A DNA stretch of 64,000 bases from a virus: positions 1 to 64,000 of the IMG/VR virus record IMGVR_UViG_3300045581_000900. One strand, 5' to 3'. A model generated the notes under the pieces. That model was not told where the DNA came from and made no database searches. It worked only from the letters and a program-made list of their open reading frames with translations. The position numbers were made by a program, and so were the translations under genes. How positions within the stretch are numbered: position 1 is the stretch's first letter; each line of letters starts with the position of its first letter. Below are positions 49,656 through 59,300 of this stretch, one piece after another.

Positions 49656-50588
49656 TCATTCTCCCGGAAAATCTAGTTTAGATATTTCTTCGGCGGAAGC
49701 GTCGAGGGTGCCGCCGGCGGCAAGAATCATCATTTCATCGCCGCGTAATTCTGCCGCTTGTCCATCAAAGGGTAACATTTTTGACCCCTCTGAATCCAGT
49801 TTCGTCCCAACTTTAAACGGCAACCCGACCAGCATCTGCCCAATATTGTCAATAATTGAGTGCTGAGCCTTGGTGGCGTTGTCGGTTGTACGTTCAATTT
49901 CAACGTATTTCACAAACGCTTCAATCAGCGGCAATTGCGTGTGACTGTTCACTGGGATGGTCACCGCCGCAAGGGCCGCCTTGTATTTCATGGTGTTGAT
50001 GGCGAAATCCTGCAGGAATCCGCCGACTTCGTCAGCCGACGTCGGTTTGGGCACGCTCGGGCCGCGATTGATCGCCGCATCAAGGGCGTATTCCCCGCCC
50101 TGCAGGCCGATCATCTTCCAGAGCAGGTCGTAATGCCGCTCGCTTAATCCCCGGGTCACAGCGTCGGCCAGAATGACGCCCTGTATGTAATCCGGGCGGT
50201 TGAGTTTTTCCCGCACGTCGAAAAAAACGTTTATGTAAGCCTCCACGACACCGACCTCGGTGCCCATTTTCTCCGCGATAGCCTCGTCGGTCTCGCCGGC
50301 CAAGACGCGGGCTTCTAGTGCCCACCGCATCTGGTTCTTGTCTTCGGACCAGATAGAGTACGCCCAGAACATGTCCGGGTCGCGGAGCATGACGTTGTAT
50401 AAAGCGTCCTGCCGCCCAGCGGCCCGCTCTACGCGGCGTTTCGTCCGCAGAGCCCGCCGAATCCATGTAAAGCCTTCGGGGCCGTCAAGGCGTCGTGTTG
50501 TTTTTTGACCACCCGCGTCGATTTCACAGGCACGGGCCCAACGCCAGTGCGGAAATCGCTTGTTGTAGTCTTTGCAGGACTTAAGCAT
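49656..50588 (-). CDS. Hypothetical protein
   Basis: 310 aa, tightly packed in the operon. Confidence 0.65.
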   Translation of the reverse strand: MLKSCKDYNKRFPHWRWARACEIDAGGQKTTRRLDGPEGFTWIRRALRTKRRVERAAGRQDALYNVMLRDPDMFWAYSIWSEDKNQMRWALEARVLAGETDEAIAEKMGTEVGVVEAYINVFFDVREKLNRPDYIQGVILADAVTRGLSERHYDLLWKMIGLQGGEYALDAAINRGPSVPKPTSADEVGGFLQDFAINTMKYKAALAAVTIPVNSHTQLPLIEAFVKYVEIERTTDNATKAQHSIIDNIGQMLVGLPFKVGTKLDSEGSKMLPFDGQAAELRGDEMMILAAGGTLDASAEEISKLDFPGE

Positions 50589-50591
50589 GCG

Positions 50592-50981
50592 TTACCGCAG
50601 GGTCGGGGTGTCCACCGTGACCGAGAACACGTAGTTCTTCGTGCCTGTGCCAGCCGGCGTAATTTTCAGATATAAATACCGCACGGGCGTCGAGGGCTTG
50701 CCGTCCCGGTTCAGATACGACAGGTTTAAGTCCTCGTCAGCCGGCGTGGCCTGATCAAATGAAAGCAGCTTGAACGCGGCTTCGGGCAGCGTGCTGTTTG
50801 GGGCCTCGTCCCGCTTGCTGGTATACAACGTCGCGGTGAAATCGCCCGTGGCTCCGCCAGCGGCTTCTACAAGGCTGTAGCCCTTCAAAATACCGCGGTG
50901 CGGCATCGGGATATCAATAACCGACGCCTCGCCGGCGGGAACAGTAAACGACTTGCTACCAGACCAAACTGTGCTCGGCAT
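50592..50981 (-). CDS. Hypothetical beta-rich protein
   Basis: 129 aa; AAGGTGA RBS. Confidence 0.65.
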   Translation of the reverse strand: MPSTVWSGSKSFTVPAGEASVIDIPMPHRGILKGYSLVEAAGGATGDFTATLYTSKRDEAPNSTLPEAAFKLLSFDQATPADEDLNLSYLNRDGKPSTPVRYLYLKITPAGTGTKNYVFSVTVDTPTLR

Positions 50982-50990
50982 AATTCACCT

Positions 50991-53384
50991 TTAAATGTTA
51001 GCGGAAGGCCCAAGATCGACATCGCCGGCCGACTCCTCGGGGAACGGCTCGATGGTCTTCTGCTTGAGGAAGAGGATCACGTCGCCCAACATCTCGAACG
51101 CGTTGCGGAGCGAATCTTCCAGTTCCGGCATATCGGCCTTGCCGTAGCGATCGGCGAACCGGTCGCCATGCCAATAGAACATGAACAGGATGCGGCCCAG
51201 CTTGTCGAGACCCTTGGTAAGCTCACCCATGTAGCGGTCCACAAGGCCGTCATCCCGCACGGCCCGAAGCATGGTGCCGATCATGGCGGTGTCAAACACC
51301 TCACGCTGGCCAGTTTGGGCCGCCTGCATCACCTGCTGCACGGCACCCTGATCCAGTTGCGTGTTGGGGTTGTACACGCTGCGATCCGTCTGGCTAGCCG
51401 ACATACCCGGCACGGGCACACCGACGTCGATGCCAAGCTGCGTGGGGACGCTCGTCCCCATGATGGTCTCGCCGCCCATGACCGGCCCCGGGTCTGCCGG
51501 GGCTGTGGGGGCGTTCTGGATCATCATCGGCGAGCCATACGGGTTTGCGTACTTCACGTGGCAGGCAAACTTCCGCTTAGCCTTGGCACGCGAAAGAATT
51601 TCGCGTGCATTTTTTTCGCGAAGGCCGTGCTTGGCGACCAGCGAAACAAGGGCTTGCTTCTCCGAAAGCTCCTTCTCGATCAGTTGTTGCTTCGGGCTGT
51701 GAATCTCGACGGCCGTGCCGTTGTGATACACCGTCAGGCTCGACAGCTTCTGCATGATTACAAGCTGGGCGTCAGCCAGATTGCCCGGCATCAGCGGCGG
51801 ATTGTCGCTCTCGCCGCAGCCGCAGGAGCCCTGACCGCCCTCAGCCGCGTCGGCCACATCGTCTTCGCCCGGAGCACACTTTAAGAGCTTATACGTGCTC
51901 GGCACGAAGATGTCGCCCATGCTGGAGCGGATCGAGCCGCCGCCCTTGGCGTTTAAATGAATTCTGACGCCGTCGCGGTACTTGTCGTAGTTCAGCGGGT
52001 CGGTGTAGCAGCAGGGCGAAATTGAGCCCTTGGGCGGGAACTTGGAGTGATCCTCCATGTGAACTTCGTAGGCATTTCCGCCGAACTCAGTCTCGCCGTA
52101 CTCACGAATCACGCGGAACGGCACCGTGGTATCGCCCGACTTGCAAATCGCCATGTACCGGCCGTTTTTGGAGAGACTGGTGGCGTCAGGCAGGCCGTTG
52201 AGCCATGTATCAAATTCGTCGCCTTCCACGCGGGAGAAGCAGAATACGTGGTCGGCACGGGTGTTGATCCACTCAGGCCTGCCTTCGGTACGGACGACGG
52301 TCACAAAGTCAGACCGCTTGGCGGGCCCTTGTGGATATACCGCGACGTAGCACTTTTCGATCTCGCCCGGCTTGACTAGCACCATGTACAGGCCGCTCTG
52401 GGTGGGATTGAACAGTTTTTGCTCAACCTGAATCTGGTACGGCACCGAGACGTTATCCCGATCCCGCTGGTCGAGAATAAGCACGCCATCCCGCAGCAGC
52501 TTTTCTTGGTCTTCCTCGGTATGCCCGGGCGGAAGAGCCGTCTGCGTCGTGGCGTCGTACGTAATGACTTTCAGCGTCTCTTTCGCCTTGGGCGTCTCCG
52601 GGGCGTCAGAAAGCACGCTGGCGATCTTAGTCGCGTTCTGGCGGGCACTGGCGGCACTGATAGCCTCGCTAATAACGTCTAAACCGTGGAATTCGTCAAT
52701 CGCCTGAGCCAGATGCGGGGCGTACTGGCAGGTTTTAACAAGAGCCGAAATCGTATCCATTCCGGCCTGCTTGAGAAACGCCTTGAGGTTCAGCTTGTGG
52801 CCGAGTTCTTCAAACGCCAGCTTCGTGTTCATCGTGGCGGTCTTGGCCAGTGTCGGCATCACCGCGGTCATCATCTCCTTCAGCGTCGGTTGGGCCGAGC
52901 CGAACTTGGCGGGGCTGCGGGAAAGCTGCGTAAAATCAGGCTGCCGCTGGCCGAACTGGGTGAGATTCTTATCAATGCCGCTGCCCAGAATGCTGGGCTT
53001 GCGGTTGACGAGATAGTTGACCCAGTTTTCCTTGAGCGGGACGAACATATCCTGATTCTTGATATACAGGAGTTCGTGGCCTTTGAGGTCGCCGTTCAGG
53101 AAGAAAACCGGGGCATACAGCCACATGGAGCCGACCTTGAACGCAAAAACACCGACAGCCTTGGTGTTTTCCCGATTGCGGTCGAGAAGTTGAAAGCCGA
53201 TCTCGTGGTCCAAAAGCTTCGGAGCAGAATCCCGAAGATAGGCGTGGGCCAGATTAGAAAAAGCCTGTTCAAACGCCACGTCGTCACCGCGGCCACCAAT
53301 CTCGGCGGTTTTAGTGCGGTCGTGAGACCGGACGACGTTTAACCAATGCTTCCACGAGGCTTCTTTTGACTTTTTATTAAACAC
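50991..53384 (-). CDS. Large putative head protein
   Basis: Start moved to GTG 53384, which has a GGAGG RBS; K-x-A motifs (KEA, KTA, KLA, KQA, KIA, KYA). Confidence 0.6.
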   Translation of the reverse strand: MFNKKSKEASWKHWLNVVRSHDRTKTAEIGGRGDDVAFEQAFSNLAHAYLRDSAPKLLDHEIGFQLLDRNRENTKAVGVFAFKVGSMWLYAPVFFLNGDLKGHELLYIKNQDMFVPLKENWVNYLVNRKPSILGSGIDKNLTQFGQRQPDFTQLSRSPAKFGSAQPTLKEMMTAVMPTLAKTATMNTKLAFEELGHKLNLKAFLKQAGMDTISALVKTCQYAPHLAQAIDEFHGLDVISEAISAASARQNATKIASVLSDAPETPKAKETLKVITYDATTQTALPPGHTEEDQEKLLRDGVLILDQRDRDNVSVPYQIQVEQKLFNPTQSGLYMVLVKPGEIEKCYVAVYPQGPAKRSDFVTVVRTEGRPEWINTRADHVFCFSRVEGDEFDTWLNGLPDATSLSKNGRYMAICKSGDTTVPFRVIREYGETEFGGNAYEVHMEDHSKFPPKGSISPCCYTDPLNYDKYRDGVRIHLNAKGGGSIRSSMGDIFVPSTYKLLKCAPGEDDVADAAEGGQGSCGCGESDNPPLMPGNLADAQLVIMQKLSSLTVYHNGTAVEIHSPKQQLIEKELSEKQALVSLVAKHGLREKNAREILSRAKAKRKFACHVKYANPYGSPMMIQNAPTAPADPGPVMGGETIMGTSVPTQLGIDVGVPVPGMSASQTDRSVYNPNTQLDQGAVQQVMQAAQTGQREVFDTAMIGTMLRAVRDDGLVDRYMGELTKGLDKLGRILFMFYWHGDRFADRYGKADMPELEDSLRNAFEMLGDVILFLKQKTIEPFPEESAGDVDLGPSANI

Positions 53385-53387
53385 AGA

Positions 53388-53403
53388 GCCACCTCCATGC
53401 GGC
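53388..53403 (-). promoter_or_regulatory. CsrA/RsmA-type hairpin over RBS
   Basis: GCCGC-ATGGAG-GTGGC. Confidence 0.55.
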
Positions 53404-53429
53404 AGATATTGAACCAATCCCTTATCAAT

Positions 53430-55403
53430 TTACAGTGTTTTAGGCGGCGAGCCTAGAGGACCCGGCAGTGGACTTGCGGGGGACATGCGGGGTACTTGCG
53501 GGGTACTTGGGGGGTACTTGGGGGCTGGCTCCGGTTTCCAGCCGCTTGTTGTGCCAGAAACGCCGAATTGTTCGCCGCGGGCCAAAGCCGGCACATAGCT
53601 GCTCCCGGACGTATCACTGGCACGGCCGCGGTGCACGCTATTAAGAAATCCGCGTTCCTGATACGACCCGAGCATTCTTGTCATCCAGTCGGGGTCGTTG
53701 GAGATATTCGCCATGCCACGAACCATTTCAGATTCAAACGGCGGCGGTTCTTTGTGGGCTTGGATGTTTGTAATTCCGTACTTCTTCAGATTATCGGCCA
53801 CGCTTTTTGTAATCTTCGTTCCGATCGAGTAATGCAGGGCGGGTTCTTCCAGATAGTGATTTGAAAGTGTCGCCGGGTTGCCCGCAATGGCCCCGTCTCT
53901 GGGTTTCCACGATCGTTCCAGCATGGAATACGGCACAATGTCGTCCGGGGCGTAATCGCCGTACTCGTCATTGAGCCGCACATGATTAATCAAGCCGCGA
54001 GCGACCAGTTCGATATTCCGGCGGTGAGCGGTAATGCCTGAGTTCTTCAATACATCACGCATGGCAGAAACGAAATATCGCCGGCCCTCGCCGACGCCTT
54101 TGTGCCTGACGATCTCCGCCGGGTTGGGCATGCCATCAGACAGCACGTCGCCGGCTTCGAGCATGTCGCCTTTCTTGACAGAGACCACGCGGTCAGCAGG
54201 GACGTAGTGCTCTTCGCCGTCCACCACGACGTACGAACCGCCTTGAGCCGCCGGGCGAATTTCCTGCACCCGGCCCTCTCGCTGGGCATGTGTGGCCCCG
54301 TCGGGATATTTCTTGGGCACCTGCACCAGAGCGTTAATAGCCTTGAAGCCGCCAATAGACTTGGCCCCGCCGACACCGCCGGAGTGCTTTGAACTAAGCT
54401 GAGACTGGCTGACCGGCTCCGAGAGAGCTTGAGCCGCGGCCACGCCCACATAGTCGCCTACGGGCGGCAAACGGCCCTTTTCGCGGTAGCCGACGTCTTT
54501 GGCGTACACGCCGCCGTCTTCAGGGCCGCCCACCGTCGGGCTGCGGACAAGGATGTCTTTGACGCCCATCTCTTTAAGGTCTTTGAGAATCTTGGGCGTG
54601 AGCAGCGTGTTTCGCTTGTAGGGGCCGATCGGGCGGGCCAGAAACGCCCCTTCGTTGTCGGGATCGTCCACATCGGAGGGCATACCGCGGTTCGAGGCTG
54701 TGGTCGCTCGCTCTTCGTCATCATCGTCGTCTGCCGTTACAAGCAGGCGGTGAGCCATCTGCGTAAGCTGCTTGCCGTAGAAGCCGGCGTCGGCCGTGGC
54801 TGTTTTGACGTCAATGACGCCCTTGCGGGTGCCGAAGCTCGCGGCGAAGTATTCCGCCGGCGTTAAGCCTCGCCCGTAAGACCGCAGCACCGGCAGCGGA
54901 ATCGGCTCGTCCTTGTGGTCGACGTACTGCAAATCGGCACCGATCAACGAGTTCAGCGTAAACTTATTGCCGGACCCGCCGCCCAACACCTGCTGCACCA
55001 GCGGGTTATTGTTCTCTAACGCCTCGTTGTAAACATCGTCGATGAGTTTCTTCTGCGTATCTGCCGCCAACTGCAGAATCTTTAGCTGCCGCTCTTTTTC
55101 CGGCATGTTCGGCGTGGCCATGATGCCGCGGAGCTTTTTACGCACGTCAAGTTCCGCCCGGCGGCTGGCAAACGTGGGCTTGATGTCTTTTAAGCCCATC
55201 GACAAACCGCCAGTCGAATACGCCACGTCGCGGGAGACGTCATGAATCTTCTTCATGACTTCGCGGTACTTGTCCGGGTGCCGCTTTGCTAGGTCCGTCG
55301 CCAGCGAGCCCATATTTTTCTTGTCGAGCACGCGGTTGTAATCCCGCATGTCTTCAGGCAGAGCTTCGTTGATGAGCAGTTGGCCTAGCGTCGTTTTTAA
55401 CAC
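53430..55403 (-). CDS. rpoC: RNA polymerase beta' subunit, C-terminal part
   Basis: 657 aa; TTLGQLLIN, bridge helix GLTPAEYF...GTRKGVIDVKTATADAGFYGKQL, trigger loop VGVAAAQALSEPVSQSQLSSKHSGG, HRRNIELVARGL. Confidence 0.93.
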   Translation of the reverse strand: MLKTTLGQLLINEALPEDMRDYNRVLDKKNMGSLATDLAKRHPDKYREVMKKIHDVSRDVAYSTGGLSMGLKDIKPTFASRRAELDVRKKLRGIMATPNMPEKERQLKILQLAADTQKKLIDDVYNEALENNNPLVQQVLGGGSGNKFTLNSLIGADLQYVDHKDEPIPLPVLRSYGRGLTPAEYFAASFGTRKGVIDVKTATADAGFYGKQLTQMAHRLLVTADDDDDEERATTASNRGMPSDVDDPDNEGAFLARPIGPYKRNTLLTPKILKDLKEMGVKDILVRSPTVGGPEDGGVYAKDVGYREKGRLPPVGDYVGVAAAQALSEPVSQSQLSSKHSGGVGGAKSIGGFKAINALVQVPKKYPDGATHAQREGRVQEIRPAAQGGSYVVVDGEEHYVPADRVVSVKKGDMLEAGDVLSDGMPNPAEIVRHKGVGEGRRYFVSAMRDVLKNSGITAHRRNIELVARGLINHVRLNDEYGDYAPDDIVPYSMLERSWKPRDGAIAGNPATLSNHYLEEPALHYSIGTKITKSVADNLKKYGITNIQAHKEPPPFESEMVRGMANISNDPDWMTRMLGSYQERGFLNSVHRGRASDTSGSSYVPALARGEQFGVSGTTSGWKPEPAPKYPPSTPQVPRMSPASPLPGPLGSPPKTL

Positions 55404-55412
55404 GGCAATTCA

Positions 55413-55637
55413 TTAGTTTTTTGGCGGCGGAGGAAGTTCATTCACTGTCGGGGCCGGCGTGGTAACGCCGGCCATTTTTAACACCGTAGCAAAGTCATTG
55501 TCGCCGACAGCGGAATACACAATCCCCTCTGCCACGTGAGTTGCGACAAAGATCGGGTTCTTTAGGTCGTCTTCAATGACAACCGTATGAGCCTTCGTCT
55601 CTGCCGGAATTAAATTATGCTGCGTTTTAACCAGCAT
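55413..55637 (-). CDS. Small hypothetical protein
   Basis: 74 aa; overlaps the upstream stop. Confidence 0.6.
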   Translation of the reverse strand: MLVKTQHNLIPAETKAHTVVIEDDLKNPIFVATHVAEGIVYSAVGDNDFATVLKMAGVTTPAPTVNELPPPPKN

Positions 55638-56343
55638 GATTCGTCAAACTCCGGCACAGGGCGGCGACGGCACTTGCTTTCGTTTGAAGATCGAACGTTT
55701 CTGGCGTCGACGGGGTTGAAGACACACTGGGATCAATCGGCCGCCCGATAGAGCGGGCAGCGTGCGTATCTACCGCGTCCCACCAGTTGGCCATCTTCGG
55801 GGCACCGGCGTCGGGCGGCATAGGAGCACCGCCAGCCGCGGCCGGATCACCGCCCGGCGGAGCCGCAGGCGGAGGAGCCATTGGACCGCCGGGAAGGGCG
55901 GTTTCCGCCGGCGGAGCACCGGTTGTGCCGGGCGGCAGCACCAGCGATTCAGGAGCAACCTGCACGCCCATCGCGTTCATGATCGCCGTAAGTTGCTGCT
56001 GCATGTTGTAAAGCCGGTAATCGAGCATTTGCATCATCTGCTCAGGCTTAAGTTTCTGACCGCCTGCGGCACCACCAGCGGGAGCCGGGGCTGGCTGTGC
56101 GGGCGGCAGAGCACCCAGCATCGACGGGTCCATCATTCCCGGCGGAACAGCACCGCCAGCCGCCGCAGGGTCGCCAGCCGGAGGAGCCGCACCCATCGCT
56201 GCCTGCATCGGGTCAGCGGGCGGAACAGCACCTTGAGCCGCGGCAGCCGGGTCCATACCGCCACCGGGAGGCACCACAGCCGACTTTTCAAACAGAGCCC
56301 GCTTGGCGAGCGATAACAATTCGGGATTTACCGTATAGGACAT
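55627..56343 (-). CDS. Pro/Ala/Gly-rich low-complexity protein
   Basis: 238 aa; GGAGG RBS; KRA, KSA, KMA motifs; DPAAA repeats. Confidence 0.7.
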   Translation of the reverse strand: MSYTVNPELLSLAKRALFEKSAVVPPGGGMDPAAAAQGAVPPADPMQAAMGAAPPAGDPAAAGGAVPPGMMDPSMLGALPPAQPAPAPAGGAAGGQKLKPEQMMQMLDYRLYNMQQQLTAIMNAMGVQVAPESLVLPPGTTGAPPAETALPGGPMAPPPAAPPGGDPAAAGGAPMPPDAGAPKMANWWDAVDTHAARSIGRPIDPSVSSTPSTPETFDLQTKASAVAALCRSLTNHAG

Positions 56344-56344
56344 G

Positions 56345-56360
56345 ACTACCTCCGTGTAAT
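56345..56360 (-). promoter_or_regulatory. CsrA/RsmA-type hairpin over RBS
   Basis: ATTAC-ACGGAG-GTAGT. Confidence 0.5.
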
Positions 56361-56366
56361 ATCAAG

Positions 56367-59300
56367 TCAAGGCTTATCTTCTACGATGTGAACCGGCGTG
56401 TCCACATCAATCTCGCCGCGTCGGTACGCCGCGAGAGCGTCCTTTTTGCTGCGGTAGACCCGTGGCTTGGAGCGGTTGTTCATTTTGCTGGAAGCTAAGT
56501 ATACACCAGTCTGGTAATCTTTATTCGGCACATAATGGGCTTTGAAGTTCGCCGTGGCAAAAAGGTTCTTGCTCGGCAGCATCTTTTCCACGGCTTCTTT
56601 TGCCGCTTCTTCGGTACTGGGGACGTGGTACTGCATGGCGTCCCCGTCGAAATCAGCCCCGAAACCCTTGGTAATTACCGGATTTACTTCCATAACTTTG
56701 TTTTTAGTCAGCCGCGGATAAAACGCCATCACGCCGTAGCGGTGCAGCACAGGAGCCCGGTTGATCACAATGGGCTTGGCGTTCATCTGCGTGTTTAACT
56801 CGTCAAAAGCGGCTTTATTTTTGTCTTCTACAGCCCGCAGGGCGTTCATTCGGGGCATTCCGCGGCGGACGAGGCCCCGGACGACGAACGGCTTGTAAAT
56901 CTCCCACGCTTTTTCCTCGGGGAGAGCGACTTCGTCCATGTCGAGGTCGGGATTCGGGGTAATCACCGCCCGCCCCACAAGGTCGACGGTGCTGGAGAGC
57001 AGTTTTCGCTGCATGGTGCCGAATTTGGGGCTGTCGCCGAAAATTTTCGACAAGAAACCGCGGACGTTACGTTCGACGTTCTTGGGGTGCTGCGGATCAC
57101 CAAGACCCGTCACGGCTTTCATCGAGTCATACAGAGATAAACGCTCGTTACCATAATCGGCAAACGTCCCGGAGGCTTCTTTTAAGACGTTATTGGAGTC
57201 GAGCAGTTCTTTGTAGAGATAATTCGCGTCATCCACGAGCGGGAGTTTCTTGGAGCCCATAGTCGAAACAGGGCGGAAAGCCGGCGGCAGCACACCCACT
57301 TTCGTGAGCATCCAGTCTTTCGGGTGCACGTTGGTTGTTTCGGCACCTTTTAAAAAGCCCAACCGGCGAACAGCGGCGTCTCGAACTGTCTTGCGGCCTG
57401 ATTTGATGTCTTCGCGAGCCTGCTCAATTGCCTTCGGCAGATTAATGCTCTTCAACGCATCATGAATGGCCGCAGGTCCCGTTTTGTCGCCTAACTTGTC
57501 TTGGCCGGCCAGAATGCCGCGGAATTGCTTTTCGGTAAGCCCAAGAACGCGGCGAATGGGTTCTTCCATGATCGGGTTGGGCATCGGCTCGTGTAACGTG
57601 ATCTTCGCCCACCGATTGCCGCCATGACCGCCCGTAAGCGTCTCATCGAACAAGCCGCCTTTGATGGGCTTGAGATTGCCTTTCCAGTCGACGGTCTCGG
57701 CACTGGTGATTTCACGCTCGCCGGCTAGTTCGTCGACGGATTTGTCTGTTAAAGCCATGATGTGCGTCTTAGTTCCCGTACGCACTGTATTCACGCCAGA
57801 CGCCCGCAGTTGATTCACAAACTTTTCGTAGACGTGCGGAACTTTGGGGAGCGGCGGGTCGTAACCGGCCATGAATTGCGTCCAGTACTCAGGATTAGCT
57901 TGGCCGCGTACCATCTTGGAGTCGCGAACTACTTTGCCGGCACCGTGGGAAAGCAAAGCTCCCAGTTCGAGCATGCCGACGCGTTTAGCCCCTTCTGATC
58001 CGCCCTTGGCTGGTGTGCCTTCGGCTGTATAGCCGCCGGTCGAGCGTCCTTGGCCCTTGGATTCGGCCGTGTGATGGAGTTTCATGAAGAACCGGTGGCC
58101 CGTTAAGATTCCCTTGATCTTCCGGCCAGATTCGGGGTCAGTCAGGTCTTCCGTGTCAGAGAGCCCGTGTTTGGCAAGTTCCTGCTGGGCGAACTCAATT
58201 AAGTCCTTCTGGTCGTCGAAATCTTTGATCTTGAACGGCTGCCCGGTCTTAGCCGCGACTTTGCCCAGTGCCGCCTCAACGATCTGGGCGGGGTTTACAC
58301 GGCTAATAAGTCCGAGGGGGCTGACCAGTATCTCCATCGGGTTTCCGTCTTTATCGGTCGGCATCTGCTGATCTGGGACGATTTCAGATACCACGCCCTT
58401 GTCGCCGAATCTGCCGGTGATCTTGTCGCCCACTTCCATCTGGGCTTTTGATTTCACGACAACCGAAACACCCTTCTTGGTGTGCTCGACGTCCGTAACA
58501 ATCCCGGGAGAGTGGTGCTCCCACGTCAGAGTCTCGTTCGCAAACGCACCGCCGCGGCCTCGATGCACCTTGCCGTATACCTGTTCGCGTTTCTTGGCCA
58601 CGAGAACGAGCGGGTCACCGAAGTTCACAACGGTGCCTTTCTTGATCGCCCCGTTGTCGTCGAAGCTCTCCAGCATCTTCTTGTCGTACTCGGACGGGAA
58701 CAACGACATGAACGCCTTTTTGCCGACGTGGGTGTTGTCGTCCCACTCGGCTTCGTGCTGATACATGTGCTGGCTGGTAAGTCTCTTGGCCGCAGACTCA
58801 GAGATCACCACGGCGTCTTCGTAGTTTCTTCCGCGGAACGGCAGATAGCCCACGCGAAGGTTTAATCCAAGAGCCGCGGAGCCGTTCTTATCGGTAAAGT
58901 TGGACGTGGCAATAAGCTGCCCGGGCTTGATAGTGTCGCCGGGCTGCACAGTCGGCGTCTGTGTCCAGAACGTCTTCCGATTGAACGGCATGTCGTTATA
59001 CAAGTCGATAGTCTGCTTTTTGCCGTCTTGATCGCGAATGATGATCTCGTCTGGCGTAATAGCTTCGACCTTGCCGGCAAACTGTGATTTAATCGCTCCC
59101 AGTTTCTCGCCCATCTCGTCTTCGTGCGAGGTGCCGGGCAGGTCGGCTTTTTCCGACTGCACAAACGGTGACTCGGCGTTTTCCAGCGGGAGAGCCTGTG
59201 TAAACATACGGCTGCCCATGATGACACGCTGGCCCTTTACCATGGACTTCATCGGCACCATGTTTGTGAGAGCCGAGAACGTGCTGTCCATGTTGGGTAC

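Noticed and set aside
50991-53384. Portal protein
   Set aside because: Size fits, but I recognise no portal motifs; terminase and portal are probably outside the window
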